Origin: Candidatus Cloacimonadales bacterium
GTDB taxonomy: Bacteria > Cloacimonadota > Cloacimonadia > Cloacimonadales > DAONDQ01
Length of the DNA: 64,000 nt
Reading direction: 5' to 3'
Assembly: GCA_963662275.1 (NCBI GenBank)
Contig: OY759316.1
Span: 96,001-160,000 of the forward strand
Part shown: in pieces, positions 40,726 to 51,900 of the stretch
How positions within the stretch are numbered: position 1 is the stretch's first letter
Layout of the letters: each line of letters begins with the position of its first letter
The notes under the pieces: generated by a model
Told to the model about the DNA's origin: nothing
The model's database searches: none
What the model saw: the letters and a program-made list of their open reading frames with translations, nothing else
Position numbers and translations under genes: made by a program

Positions 40726-41058
40726 TTATTTGTTCAAAATGCAGTATATTTTAGCTTTTAAGTCTGGCAAATCAACTGTTATCGTTTCCCAGATACGGTT
40801 AAAATTTAGTATTAGATATGCATGCGCAGCCATATCACGGATACCGGATATTTGTTTCCAAGGTATGTCTGAATATGTTAATTTTAAGTCGGTGGATATG
40901 TCTTTTACTTTTTCACCTATATTAATAAGCGTCATTACAACTGCCCTTTGCGCTATCTCAGAAGATAAAAAAGCAGCTTCATCCAGATCTGCAATTATGC
41001 TGTTTATGATGTCTATCTCTTTAAGGATAATCTGGAGAAGAATCGTATCTCTATTCAT
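40726..41058 (-). CDS. HEPN (DUF86/HepT-like) RNase toxin
   Basis: IGE..IPWKQISGIRDMAAHAY (R-x4-H-x-Y), IWETI; overlaps the MNT gene. Confidence 0.9.
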   Translation of the reverse strand: MNRDTILLQIILKEIDIINSIIADLDEAAFLSSEIAQRAVVMTLINIGEKVKDISTDLKLTYSDIPWKQISGIRDMAAHAYLILNFNRIWETITVDLPDLKAKIYCILNK

Positions 41059-41356
41059 AAATAGTTACAGCATCTGCCAGAATACTATCTTTTATCATCG
41101 GTTCCAAGCATTGGCTTTCCACCAAATCAACCGATTTCCCCAATTTTTCTTCCAAATATTGCTTGAGACCGATAAACTTGAAGATACCAAATTGCTTCGT
41201 AAGATCGACGATAATATCAATATCGCTATCAGCTGTATCTTCGCCTTTGGCATAAGACCCAAAGACGGCTATTTTGCTTATACCATAATCATCAATATAT
41301 GGTTTCAAAGCCTCATAAATTATTTTGAAGCGCGGGTTTGTTGTTACTAACATCAT
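41051..41356 (-). CDS. Minimal nucleotidyltransferase antitoxin (MntA-like)
   Basis: VFGSYAKG..DSDIDIIV (GS-x10-DxD) and LGKSVDLV motifs. Confidence 0.92.
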   Translation of the reverse strand: MMLVTTNPRFKIIYEALKPYIDDYGISKIAVFGSYAKGEDTADSDIDIIVDLTKQFGIFKFIGLKQYLEEKLGKSVDLVESQCLEPMIKDSILADAVTIYE

Positions 41357-41459
41357 GACTATTTCTCCAACTCATCTTTATTTTTGACTCTATTGATACG
41401 TATATTATTGTCAAGCAGTGTTTAATTTTACTAAAAGCTGAGGGTTGCAGAGTTCCAGA

Positions 41460-43118
41460 TTAACCTCCTAAAGTAGGCGCTACATTGCATTCCCCGTCTT
41501 TATTCAGTCCCCAGGCGACAATTGAACCGTCCGATTTCATAGCAAGGTTGTGAAAGTAACCTGCAGCAATGGCAATGAATTGATTACCTACGGGAACTTT
41601 GCATTGACCCTCGCTATTATCTCCCCAGGCAACAAGTGAACCATCCGACTTCAAGGCAAGACAGTGAATGGCTCCTGCTGTTATGGCACTAAAATTATAG
41701 CCAACAGGAACATTGTACTGTCCATCCCTATTATCTCCCCAAACAATCAAGGAACCATCCGACTTCAAAGCAATGCTGAAATATTTTCCTGCTGCAATGG
41801 CAGCGAATTTCATACCCTTCGGGACATTGCATTGACCATGATCATTAGCTCCCCAAGCAATGATAGAACCATTACTCTTCAATGCTAGGCTATGATATTG
41901 TCCGGCTGAGATGGCAATGAAATCATTACATTCCTGTTTATCGCATTGACCATCATCATTACAGCCCCAGGAAATTAATGAACCATCCGTCTTCAAGGCA
42001 AGACTGTGAAATCTTCCTGCTGCTATGGCAGTGAAATGATGACCCGTCTGTATAACAGATTGCCCGGAATAATTTGAACCCCAAGCTTCCATTGAACCAT
42101 CCGACTTCAACGCCAGGCAATGGCTTAATCCGCCAGCAATGGCAGTGAAATTATTACCCACTGGAAAAGTGCATTGACCATGATCGTTCAATCCCCAGGC
42201 TGCTAATATGCCATCAGTTTTCACGACAAGACTAAAACAATTACCGGCAGCTATTTTACCGCAACTATCATTATGGATGGGAGATGATTCAATTGGCAAA
42301 TGTGCAGATAATCTACGAAGTATTTCCTCTCCGGATATACGCAAATTGCTTTCCTTCTGAGTCATTGCCTGGATCAATGATGCAGTTCCATCACTAATCT
42401 GCGGATAGATGCTCCTCGGATCAGGCAGAGGTTCATTGACTATCTTATTCATAATCGTTAATTCGCTATCAGTATCTGCATTATAAGGAAGCTGTGTAGT
42501 CAGCATTTCGAATAGAGTTACCCCAAGAGAATAGATATCTGTTTTTGCATCAACATTATTGGCATCATTGACCTGTTCCGGACTCATATAACACATAGTC
42601 CCAATCCGGACACCTGTTTGTGTAATACCCCTTTCTCCCAACATAAGGGCTATGCCAAAGTCCAGGATCTTTACATTGTCCCAAGCATCTAAAATGATAT
42701 TGGATGGTTTAATGTCCCTGTGTATGATCTTTTTGTCATGAGCATAATCCAAAGCGTTCATGATTTGCCTGAATATATAGAGCGCTCGCTGTTCCGGGAT
42801 AGCCCCGGTTTGACTGATTAAATCCTTGATAGTGATTCCGGCAGCATATTCCAGCACCATATTATAGACACCATCTTCTATGAAGAAATTGTGCAAAGTT
42901 ACGATATTGGGATGGCTTAGTTTTGCCTGGATACGTGCTTCATTGATAAACCTCTCAGCAAACTGGGTATCTGTGGTTAAGGATGGATTTAGTCTTTTAA
43001 TGGCTACCTGTCTGCCTAAAAGTGTTTCCTCAGCCAGATAAACCTCACCCATACCACCTTTACCGAGTAAGGATAAAATATGATACTGATTGATATTCTG
43101 CCCAATCTGAAATGTCAC
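41460..43118 (-). CDS. Hanks-type Ser/Thr protein kinase fused to RCC1-like repeats
   Basis: GKGGMG, VAIK, HRDIKPSN, DFG and YMSPEQ motifs; seven ~37-aa repeats AIAAGxxHSLALKSDGSxxAWGxNxxGQC; no transmembrane helix. Confidence 0.93.
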   Translation of the reverse strand: MTFQIGQNINQYHILSLLGKGGMGEVYLAEETLLGRQVAIKRLNPSLTTDTQFAERFINEARIQAKLSHPNIVTLHNFFIEDGVYNMVLEYAAGITIKDLISQTGAIPEQRALYIFRQIMNALDYAHDKKIIHRDIKPSNIILDAWDNVKILDFGIALMLGERGITQTGVRIGTMCYMSPEQVNDANNVDAKTDIYSLGVTLFEMLTTQLPYNADTDSELTIMNKIVNEPLPDPRSIYPQISDGTASLIQAMTQKESNLRISGEEILRRLSAHLPIESSPIHNDSCGKIAAGNCFSLVVKTDGILAAWGLNDHGQCTFPVGNNFTAIAGGLSHCLALKSDGSMEAWGSNYSGQSVIQTGHHFTAIAAGRFHSLALKTDGSLISWGCNDDGQCDKQECNDFIAISAGQYHSLALKSNGSIIAWGANDHGQCNVPKGMKFAAIAAGKYFSIALKSDGSLIVWGDNRDGQYNVPVGYNFSAITAGAIHCLALKSDGSLVAWGDNSEGQCKVPVGNQFIAIAAGYFHNLAMKSDGSIVAWGLNKDGECNVAPTLGG

Positions 43119-43322
43119 AGGCTCTCCTTCTGAGATCGTTTGTTAAATATGCATATGATAATACATTTTGTCAATAGGTGATTTGTCCTCTATGAATCCA
43201 CTTAATTAATACCAAGTTCAATCCAAGCTCTTAGACTTGGAATCTTGCAGGATTGTATTTGGTAAGTAATAGGATTGCAGTTGGTATAATATATGCGGCT
43301 TGAAAAAGGATTCTTATGAAGT

Positions 43323-43396
43323 GTAGAGACGACCTACAAGGGCGTCTCATGCAAACAGTCAAATAGTAGAAAGACGCCCAAGTTGGGCGTCTCTAC
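43323..43396. repeat. Pair of GTAG-family REP palindromes (GTAGAGACG...CGTCTC)
   Basis: gtagagacgacctacaagggcgtctc and agacgcccaagttgggcgtctctac in opposite orientation. Confidence 0.7.
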
Positions 43397-43545
43397 GAAG
43401 TAATTCGACTACGTTCAATGACCGGAATACAGCGCTCCAAGGACTCTTTACAAGAGCAGTTTGTGAAGTGTAAAATAATTCTCTTGCCCATTTCCTGTGT
43501 TTTCTCTTTTTACAAATTAGGATAATAATAAATAGAAAGGATAAA

Positions 43546-45993
43546 ATGATGAAGTCTATTTTTCTTTTATTTCTATTGATGACCTGTATTTCATTGTTTG
43601 CCACAACCATCATGACACAGAGTGAAAAGCAACAGTGCTATGAAATGCTGGAAACGCAAGCATTTGATTCCACTTCCGTCGATTTCTTGAAAGACTGGTC
43701 AACAGATACGGATATGAAACTCCCCGTTGTCCTCGATATCCTGCAGCATCCTTTTCATTATCCGAATCTTGTTCAGGAATTAGATGATACAATACAAACC
43801 GATCAATTTCAAAACCTTCTTCCATTGTTCCAGCATTTTCTTAATGCTGATAATAGCAATATCATGAATTACTTCAATTCTTATCATGTTTTTTTTCGTG
43901 ATGTGGTAAAAGAACCTAAGGACATTTTCGAATATGTAAAAATGGTCTATTCTGATGCAGAAGATAATTGGAAACTTGCCTGGAAGACACTTTCAAGTGC
44001 TGAAAAAGAGAAATTAATCTATTTATCCATTTCTCTCTGGCAGGAAAATGAAGATTCTTTGAAATATCAGGCTTATACAAAAAAGAATCACATCAAGACT
44101 TCTCAAGAAATGGATATGGAGAAGATTAAGCCTTTGTTGAAGAAAGTGAATATGTCTGCTTTAATAAATGCTGCTATCCAGATGCAGGCAGGATTCGATG
44201 TCCTACATCAGGATCTGAAAGACAAAAACTTCCATTTTGGCAAAGAAATGATAGAGCAGAGTAAATGGGGCGATCTGATTATTGGTAGTTCAAAAGATGA
44301 CTCTTATCGCAAGTCTGTTGCTTTTTTACTGGAACCGAATGGTAATGATCATTATTTTCAAAGCATTAATACTGATTTTGAGCATCCTTTTTACTGGATT
44401 ATTGATATGAATGGAGACGATGAATACTATAATCCGGACATCAACGGTATTTTCAGGGTATTCGCTGGGATTGGGATTCATGCTGATGATGAAGGTGATG
44501 ACATTTATAGAGGTGATGATGGTATGATGTCAGCATTTTACGGGTATCAGTGCAGTATTGATGAAAAAGGAAATGATCTTTATCGTGGTGGTTCTTACAG
44601 TCTTGCTGCTGCAACATTCGGTATTTCCATTGTAGAGGATAAAGCGGGTAATGATAACTATTCCTGCACTTCCAATGGCGAAGGATTTGGAGGAACAATG
44701 GGTATTGGTATGATTGCCGATTATGAAGGTCATGATATGTATTATGCTGGTGGGAACTATCTTCATGCTCCGCTGGCTCCACTCGACCAAAGAACGCTCT
44801 CACAGGGATTTGGATTTGGGGTAAGACCTGACTTCGGTGGAGGAATCGGAATACTTTATGATGGAAAAGGCAATGACAGCTATCGTGGTGGCGTATATGC
44901 CCAGGGGGTTGCCTATTGGTATGCTCTCGGGATACTAATCGATAAAGAAGGCAACGATACGTATGATGCTGTCTATTACCCGCAGGGAAGCGGAATACAC
45001 CTGGCAGGAGGCTTCCTCTTCGATGGTTCAGGAGAAGATCATTACTATTCAAAGCATGGACCTGGGCAGGGCGCTGCCCATGATTTCGGTGTTGGTTTCT
45101 TCATTGATCGTGCCGGGAATGATGAATACTCAGTGGAAGGCGGATACGGACTGGCACTGACAAACTCCGTTGCTGTCTTTCTTGATGTCAGTGGTGATGA
45201 CAGATATGAAAGGAATAATGAATCTAACTATGGGTTTGCCAATGAAGCTCGTGACAGCGGTGGCTTAGGAATGTTTCTCGATACAGGCGGTAAGGATTAT
45301 TATGCGAATACTTTCTGTCAGAATGATTCTACATGGCAGAGAGGGACATATGGATTTGGCAGGGATATTGACCTGGTGAAACCCGAAAAGACTGTGATAC
45401 AGGAAATGGCTGAAACGGCAGCAGCAGTCGATAGTACTGCATCTATTTCTGATCTGTTCAAGATTGCCTGTGAATGGGAAGTCGGCAGTGCTCAAAAAAG
45501 AGTGCAATATGCCAGGGAATTATTACTTAAAAGACCTGTCGAAACTGCAGAATATATCTACAAGAATGCAATGACTTCCAAGGATGGGCTAGTATACAGA
45601 GCCATTCAGACTTTCGCTGAAAAGTCTCCTGAATTGAAAAAGTACTTTCCTCAAGGATTGGAGAATTCGGATAGCCTTGTCATCAAAACAACGATTTCAT
45701 TAATTGGTGATCTTAAGGATTCCACTTATGTTCCACAACTTGCTGTTTTTTTACAGAATAAAAAATACGTAACTGCTGTTCTTTCTACTCTCGGTGACTT
45801 GGCAACTGATCAGAGTATTGATTTATTAGTAACTTACATGCATTCCACTATAGAAAAGGAGAGAATTACCGTTGCCAGGGGATTCAAATCCATCAACAAA
45901 CCAAGAGCAAAAGAATTACTGCATGACATGGCAAATGACCCCTCTTTTCTGATCCAGGCAATGGTTCGATTACAGGAAAAGAAAAAGCCTTGA
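43546..45993 (+). CDS. Secreted protein with repeated DxxGxDxY motifs (beta-solenoid-like) and C-terminal HEAT-like repeats; function unknown
   Basis: Signal peptide; many D-x2-G-[ND]-D-x-Y repeats with Gly-rich spacers; helical C-terminus. Confidence 0.75.
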   Translation: MMKSIFLLFLLMTCISLFATTIMTQSEKQQCYEMLETQAFDSTSVDFLKDWSTDTDMKLPVVLDILQHPFHYPNLVQELDDTIQTDQFQNLLPLFQHFLNADNSNIMNYFNSYHVFFRDVVKEPKDIFEYVKMVYSDAEDNWKLAWKTLSSAEKEKLIYLSISLWQENEDSLKYQAYTKKNHIKTSQEMDMEKIKPLLKKVNMSALINAAIQMQAGFDVLHQDLKDKNFHFGKEMIEQSKWGDLIIGSSKDDSYRKSVAFLLEPNGNDHYFQSINTDFEHPFYWIIDMNGDDEYYNPDINGIFRVFAGIGIHADDEGDDIYRGDDGMMSAFYGYQCSIDEKGNDLYRGGSYSLAAATFGISIVEDKAGNDNYSCTSNGEGFGGTMGIGMIADYEGHDMYYAGGNYLHAPLAPLDQRTLSQGFGFGVRPDFGGGIGILYDGKGNDSYRGGVYAQGVAYWYALGILIDKEGNDTYDAVYYPQGSGIHLAGGFLFDGSGEDHYYSKHGPGQGAAHDFGVGFFIDRAGNDEYSVEGGYGLALTNSVAVFLDVSGDDRYERNNESNYGFANEARDSGGLGMFLDTGGKDYYANTFCQNDSTWQRGTYGFGRDIDLVKPEKTVIQEMAETAAAVDSTASISDLFKIACEWEVGSAQKRVQYARELLLKRPVETAEYIYKNAMTSKDGLVYRAIQTFAEKSPELKKYFPQGLENSDSLVIKTTISLIGDLKDSTYVPQLAVFLQNKKYVTAVLSTLGDLATDQSIDLLVTYMHSTIEKERITVARGFKSINKPRAKELLHDMANDPSFLIQAMVRLQEKKKP

Positions 45994-46042
45994 TAGTTTG
46001 TCAGTTCTCTATAATCTGACTATACTATGAACAGGCAGGTTT

Positions 46043-47323
46043 ATGCGATTAAATAAGATTGAAACAAGAACATTCATTCTCTTGATGATCTCCACGTTCT
46101 TCAATGGGTTCATCATGAGTTTGGGAAACATCCAGGATATTATCTCCAAAAAGACCTTCCATGCCCTGGATTGGCAACTAACTCTGTTAGCTATGGTATG
46201 GCCTGTATCGAATTTTATCTCCATCTGGTGGGGACAGATTTTAGAACATTCCAAACATAAAGCACGCTATTTCCTTCTCGTTGCTGTGTTGGGAAGACTG
46301 GTTCTGATCACTGGATTGTGGATTGTTAATATGAATGAGTTCTTAATTCTATTAACCTTCATGTTTTCCTTCAGCTCTTTACTGATACCTGCTACCAATG
46401 CCATTTACCAGGAAAATATCGGTTCCAATAATCGTGGACGTGTGTTTGGCTTTACGGTCAGTCTTTCTACATTAATTTCTATGATTCTTACTTATGTGGC
46501 AGGTAGAATCCTTGATATAAACGAAAATTCATTCCATGTGATCTTGGTTTCGGCAGGTATTGCAGGATTTTTAAGTGCTTTAACTCTCTCTTTTATCAAA
46601 TTTGATAAGAATTATCAGAAACCGAATTTGGAAAGAATGTCTCATCGTGATTTTGCTTTTACTCCCATCAAACGGATGATGGAAATATTGAAAACAAATA
46701 AAGAATTCGCTAAATTCGAAAGGAATTTCTCTGCCTATGGTATGGGTTTCATCATTATGCAGCCTGTACTACCGATTTACATGGTACAGACTCTGCAATT
46801 GAATTATACTTCTAATTTCCTGGCAAAAGGGATATTATCTCAGATGGGGGTGCTGCTTCTTTCTCCGATATTGGGTAAATTGCATGATAAATTTCATCCT
46901 CACAAATTCACAGCTTTGTCTTTTGGCTCTTTAGCATTATTTCCAGCACTGTTTTTGTTATCAGGTATGATGCCTACTCGCTTTGGGGCTATCCTGCTTG
47001 TGAATATCGCCTTCGTCTTCTTCGGAGTTGCCATGACCGGTGTGAACCTATCCTGGAATATGGGTACGATCTATTTTGCCGGTAAAGGGGAATCTCCCAT
47101 GTACCAGAGTGTGCATGTGACTCTCACCGGTATACGAGGTGTGGTAGCTCCCTTGTTGGGTCTTATCCTGTTAAGGCTTTTCGGAATTTTCAGTGTCTTT
47201 ATTTTTGCATTCTGTGCCCTTCTTTTTGCTTCCTGGCTTAGCTATCGTGATTATAAGAATGTTAAAGTTAGTTCTAAAATTACGGAGAATGAGGAAAGCT
47301 ATAATATTGAGAATCCGGCATAG
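46043..47323 (+). CDS. MFS transporter
   Basis: 426 aa, about 12 hydrophobic segments, NRGRVFG and LGKLHDKF loop motifs. Confidence 0.85.
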   Translation: MRLNKIETRTFILLMISTFFNGFIMSLGNIQDIISKKTFHALDWQLTLLAMVWPVSNFISIWWGQILEHSKHKARYFLLVAVLGRLVLITGLWIVNMNEFLILLTFMFSFSSLLIPATNAIYQENIGSNNRGRVFGFTVSLSTLISMILTYVAGRILDINENSFHVILVSAGIAGFLSALTLSFIKFDKNYQKPNLERMSHRDFAFTPIKRMMEILKTNKEFAKFERNFSAYGMGFIIMQPVLPIYMVQTLQLNYTSNFLAKGILSQMGVLLLSPILGKLHDKFHPHKFTALSFGSLALFPALFLLSGMMPTRFGAILLVNIAFVFFGVAMTGVNLSWNMGTIYFAGKGESPMYQSVHVTLTGIRGVVAPLLGLILLRLFGIFSVFIFAFCALLFASWLSYRDYKNVKVSSKITENEESYNIENPA

Positions 47324-47665
47324 GAATAACTAAAAAATTAAAAATTGAGAGGGGAACGCCTCACCCTGTGAGGTGGCAAAACGCACCCCGTGTGTTTGTC
47401 TCCTTGAGTGATAGGAAAACTAAGGTTTTGGAGTTTATAAGCGATATGAAGTTCACAATCAGCTTTTCAAACTCACCGATACTATGCTTCGACTACGCTC
47501 AGCAACCACCACCTCTCTTTATCCAAAGAGAGGAATGGATAACCCGCATCCTGTCTGATTTCCCTCCCTTTGGGTAAAGGGAGAGATTAAGGGTGAGTTT
47601 GATTCTGCAACTGTGAACGTTACATGAAAGCTAAACACTGGGGAAGTAACAGGAGAATAATTATC

Positions 47666-48376
47666 ATGAATGCTGTCGAATCATTAACATCCGATCTGCA
47701 CCAATATTCCAGACCGGAACGCATTGAAGCTTGTGCTCATTTCTTCAAAGCATTTCCAGGAGGTTATGGCGGAGAAGACACTTTTCTTGGCATTTCCGTA
47801 CCAGACCAGAGAAAAGTAGCTAAAGCCTATTATAAACAAATCACTCTTGATGAACTTGCTGAATTGCTCTGCCAGCCAATTCATGAGTATAGGCTGACAG
47901 CACTGATGACTTTAGTTTATCAGTTTCAGAAATCAAAGACTGAAGCAGAACGTACAGCGATAGCTGATTTCTATCTCAAGCATCTCGATTGGGTGAACAA
48001 CTGGGATTTGGTCGATGCCAGCGCTCCTTATATTCTTGGACCATACTTTCTGGATAAAAATACTCAAGTTCTTGATGATCTCGTTTCCACCAATGATCTT
48101 TGGAAGCAGAGAGTTGCCGTTCTTGCCACTTTCGCTTTTATTCGTGTCGGCAAGTATGAATTGACTTTACGTTTTGCAGAAAAACTACTCACTCATAAGC
48201 ATGATCTCATTCACAAAGCTGTGGGTTGGATGCTGAGAGAAATAGGCAATCGGAACTCCCAGGTGGAACATAATTTTTTAGAACTGCATTCACAACAAAT
48301 GCCCCGTACTATGCTGCGTTATTCCATTGAGAAGTTCCCTGAAGAGACAAGACAGTATTTTATGAGAAGAAGGTAA
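47666..48376 (+). CDS. DNA alkylation repair protein (AlkD-like HEAT-repeat family)
   Basis: FLGISVPDQRKVAK, HEYRL, NNWDLVD, LWKQRVA, DLIHKAVGWMLREIG and MPRTMLRYSIEK motifs. ATG 47666 follows AGGAG. Confidence 0.9.
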   Translation: MNAVESLTSDLHQYSRPERIEACAHFFKAFPGGYGGEDTFLGISVPDQRKVAKAYYKQITLDELAELLCQPIHEYRLTALMTLVYQFQKSKTEAERTAIADFYLKHLDWVNNWDLVDASAPYILGPYFLDKNTQVLDDLVSTNDLWKQRVAVLATFAFIRVGKYELTLRFAEKLLTHKHDLIHKAVGWMLREIGNRNSQVEHNFLELHSQQMPRTMLRYSIEKFPEETRQYFMRRR

Positions 48377-48404
48377 CAGCTGACAGATAACAGGTTCAGA
48401 TGAA

Positions 48405-48492
48405 GACCCCCCTACCCCCCTTCTCAAGGGGGGATTTCTTTGTTCCAGCCTCAAGTAGACTATCCCCCCTTGAGAAGGGGGGTAGGGGGGTC
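48405..48492. repeat. Inverted doublet of the CCCCCTACCCCCCTTCTCAAGGGGGGA REP
   Basis: Forward copy 48405-48434, reverse copy 48462-48492. Confidence 0.88.
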
Positions 48493-48509
48493 TATTTTAC
48501 TCTATTACT

Positions 48510-48811
48510 CCTTTTTATCAGTATCCATAACTGCTTCCAAATAGTTCTCTGGATTAACCGAACCACTTCAATTCCGGAATAAGCCTTACAGAAAGGAATT
48601 GGTGTTTTGACTTTTTATTGGGATTCCATTTCACTTCAAAAGCATTCATGACAGCGTTATGTATTTCGATAAGGTCGATTTCCTGTTATGAAGTAGTACG
48701 CCAGAAGTAATGTTCAAATGTAGCACGTTTATTCAGCATGTATTTGCGTCTTTCAGTAATAACGTAGTTTTCCCATAAAGCACCTGAATCGTTACGAAGA
48801 TCAAAGTATTC
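48510..48811 (-). pseudogene. Remnant of the DUF4143 C-terminus of an AAA+ ATPase
   Basis: Hand translation: DLRNDSGALWENYVITERRK..HYFWRTTS*QEIDLIE..AFEVKWN, with an internal TAA, later frameshifts and no 5' part. Confidence 0.72.
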
Positions 48812-48975
48812 CTGATACCGTTGTCCCAAGAAAAGTAGTAATTTGGGGTGTGCGCTCCCTATATTAGAATTATCTGTTCTGATTCATCCGAACCTGTGAC
48901 CTGTTACTTGTAAGCTGTCACCTTTTGCCAGCTCTCCCACTTCGTACTTCGCACCTCGTACTTCGAACTTTCAAA

Positions 48976-51900
48976 TCACTGTGCTATCCTGCATACACGG
49001 AAGCCATTGAAATAGCCACTTCCAGTGGGGTAATTCCAGTTTCGCCACGTAACTGCACAGTTGGAAGCAGAACCGACGATACTGCCACCACGTTTCATAC
49101 GGTAGGAACCACTTGCGGATCCATGGGGATTATTCTGTGCTCCACTCGGGTAGGAGGAGGCATAGATATCCCAAACCCACTCTTCGACATTCCCACTCAT
49201 ATCATATAGCCCAAGCTCATTTGCAGTCTTTGTACCAACTATATGAGTATAACTTACAAATGAATAATACCAAGCCACAGCATTACAATCATTGCTTCCG
49301 CTATAAGTGTAATTATGTGTCTGGTTGCCACCTCTTGCCGCATACATCCATTCCATTTCAGTTAGAAGTCGATATCCATTTCCTGTCCAATTACATGAGA
49401 CATTGATATGATTCGCATTGTTTGTATTCCATCCTACAGGCCAGTTCGTAGGATTTGTTCCATACGAGGCGTAGCTATATGAAGGCGTCAAACCTTCGTT
49501 TAGGCTTCTTCTATTACAATACTCTATGGCATTGAACCAGGTAACATACTCTACAGGAAGATTATTCATATCAGAATGGCTTGAAGGATTCGTCCCCATA
49601 GTTGCAAGATATGCATACTGTGTGATTTCATATTTATCAACGTAAAATGATGATATTGTCACATTTGATGTCCCGTTATTAAAAGTACCACCTTCCACAC
49701 GAACAAAGCTTGTATAAAAGGTATATACGGCTGTTGCCGTCTGAGAGTTTGCCCAGTTTGTTTGATAAGCTTTGGCTTTGAGAATAGTTGTCGAAGTGAT
49801 GCTGATCGAATTCTGATAAAGAGCAGAGCTTTCTGTAGGCTCACTGCCATTGATTGTATAATGAATTTGTGCGCCTTCGGTAGCGCATAAGATACTTACC
49901 GTTTGATTGGAGGAATAAACTCCACTTGTGAGAGTAAATGTAGGTGTACTTACTGTTAAGTTGATTATGTAATCAGCCTTGGTAATAGCAGATATGGTCC
50001 AGCCGGTCTTATAAGCAACTGCTTTTATTGTTTGACTGACACTTACAGTAAATGGACTGCTATATATTGTACCTGAAGTTGGAGAGGGCAGTGAACCATC
50101 AGTTGTATAGCGAATAGTTGCACCGGGAGTGTTTGAGCTAATAGTAACTGTCTGCGGGGATAGATATGTACCGGATGACGGAGAAATGACAGGATTATCA
50201 ACTGTATATTGATCATACCTGCAAACACGGAAACCGATTGTTGAAGAACCTACACAAGCTTCTCCTGCTCCGTTAAGGCAAGTAATAAGACAGTTCTCAG
50301 GCGGACTCCCCCAACTGCCACCCCGACATGAGTGATAATATCCTGGATCTGACTGCATTGGATCCCCCAAAATTATATCCCAACACCATTCAGCGACATT
50401 GCCAGACATATCAAATAAACCAAATTCATTGGGTGATTTTGTACCAATAGCATGCGTGTCATTGTTCTCAAATCCCCAATTTTCTAAATACCAAGCCACA
50501 GTATTTATATCGTTGCTTCCACTATATGTATAATTATGCGTTTGATTGCCACCCATTGCTGCAAATTCCCATTCTGAGGAGGTGGGAAGATGATAGCCTT
50601 CTGTCATATTGCAAAAGATAGAACTTGAATTATTAGAATAAACTATGTTCATTCCATTAAAATGATAATAACTGCCGTTCCATCCTACAGGCCAGTTTGC
50701 AGGATTAGTTCCATAATCCGTGCCATCGTTATATCTATAATAAGGTGTTAGACCTTCATTCATGCTTCGTCGATTACAATATTCTATTGCATTAAACCAG
50801 GATACTGTTTCAACAGGACCATTTGTTACACTTGGAAACGAAGATGGATTCATTCCCATCACTGCTTGATAACCAGCTTGTGTCATCTCATATTTATCAA
50901 GATAAAAGGATGATACTGTGACATCTGATGTTCCATTGTTATAAGTACCTCCTGCAATAAATGCGAAATTTGCCTGATTTGGAAGAATAATCGCGTAATA
51001 GGCTGTTACTGTTTCAGAAGGTGTCCAACCAGCTTTAAAAGCTTTTGCTTGAAGAATCGTCGTTTGTGTAATACTGATTGGAACTGAATACAGAGCAGAT
51101 GACGATATTGGATCACTGCCATCTGTCGTGTAGCGTATTTGAGCACCATCGACGCTGCACAGAATGCCAACAGTCTGTGAAGTAGTATATGCTCCGGAAG
51201 TAAGAGTAAATGTTGGAGAAGTAACAGTTAGATTTATCATGTAATCAATTGCAGAGATTGAGGATGGATTAAGCCCAGATTTGTAGGCAATAGCTTTGAT
51301 AGTTTGACTGTGATCCACTGTTATTGGTGAAATGTAAACTGTACCCATTGTTGTGGAAGGTGTTGATCCGTCAGTTGTGTAACGAATGGTTGCCCCAGGA
51401 GTGTTTGATGTAATTGTAACAGTTTGTGGTAAAAGATAGCTTCCCGATGGTGGAGAAAAGATTGGTGCCAGTACACAAAGTTGTTCGTTCCTACAAACAC
51501 GGAAACCGACATCATAATTACTATAAGTTGCGTCATATCCCCTGGCTGAAACGGTTCCGTAGGTAGAAATTAAACCCCAGCAGCCACCTCGCACTGCACG
51601 ATATTCACCGATCTCGGGTCCATGAGGATTAATTTGTGGACCGCTTGGATAATCGCCACAAAAATCCCATGTCCATTCCCACACATTACCTGTCATGTCA
51701 TTAATACCAAGCTCATTCGTAGCTTTAGTTCCAACAGGATGAGAAGTATTACCTGAGTTGTTATAATACCAAGCTACTACATTGGCATCATTGCTTCCAC
51801 TGTAAGTGTAATTATGAGTCAGGTTTCCACCTCTTGCTGCAAACTCCCACTCTGCTTCAGTAGGAAGCCGATAGCCATTTGCCGTCCAGTCGCAGGAGAT

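Noticed and set aside
31328..43118. Type VI secretion (Fha/PppA/PpkA) locus or TerY-phosphorylation triad
   Set aside because: No tss, hcp or vgrG structural genes are present, and the vWA protein is exported and membrane-anchored with an FHA tail, unlike cytoplasmic TerY.
48400..48582. Small ORFs built from REP sequence (also 21688-21975, 31290-31799, 55706-55894, 61184-61378)
   Set aside because: Translations such as PLPPFSRGD and PLEKGGRG come from the palindromic repeats or antisense overlap; no coding evidence.
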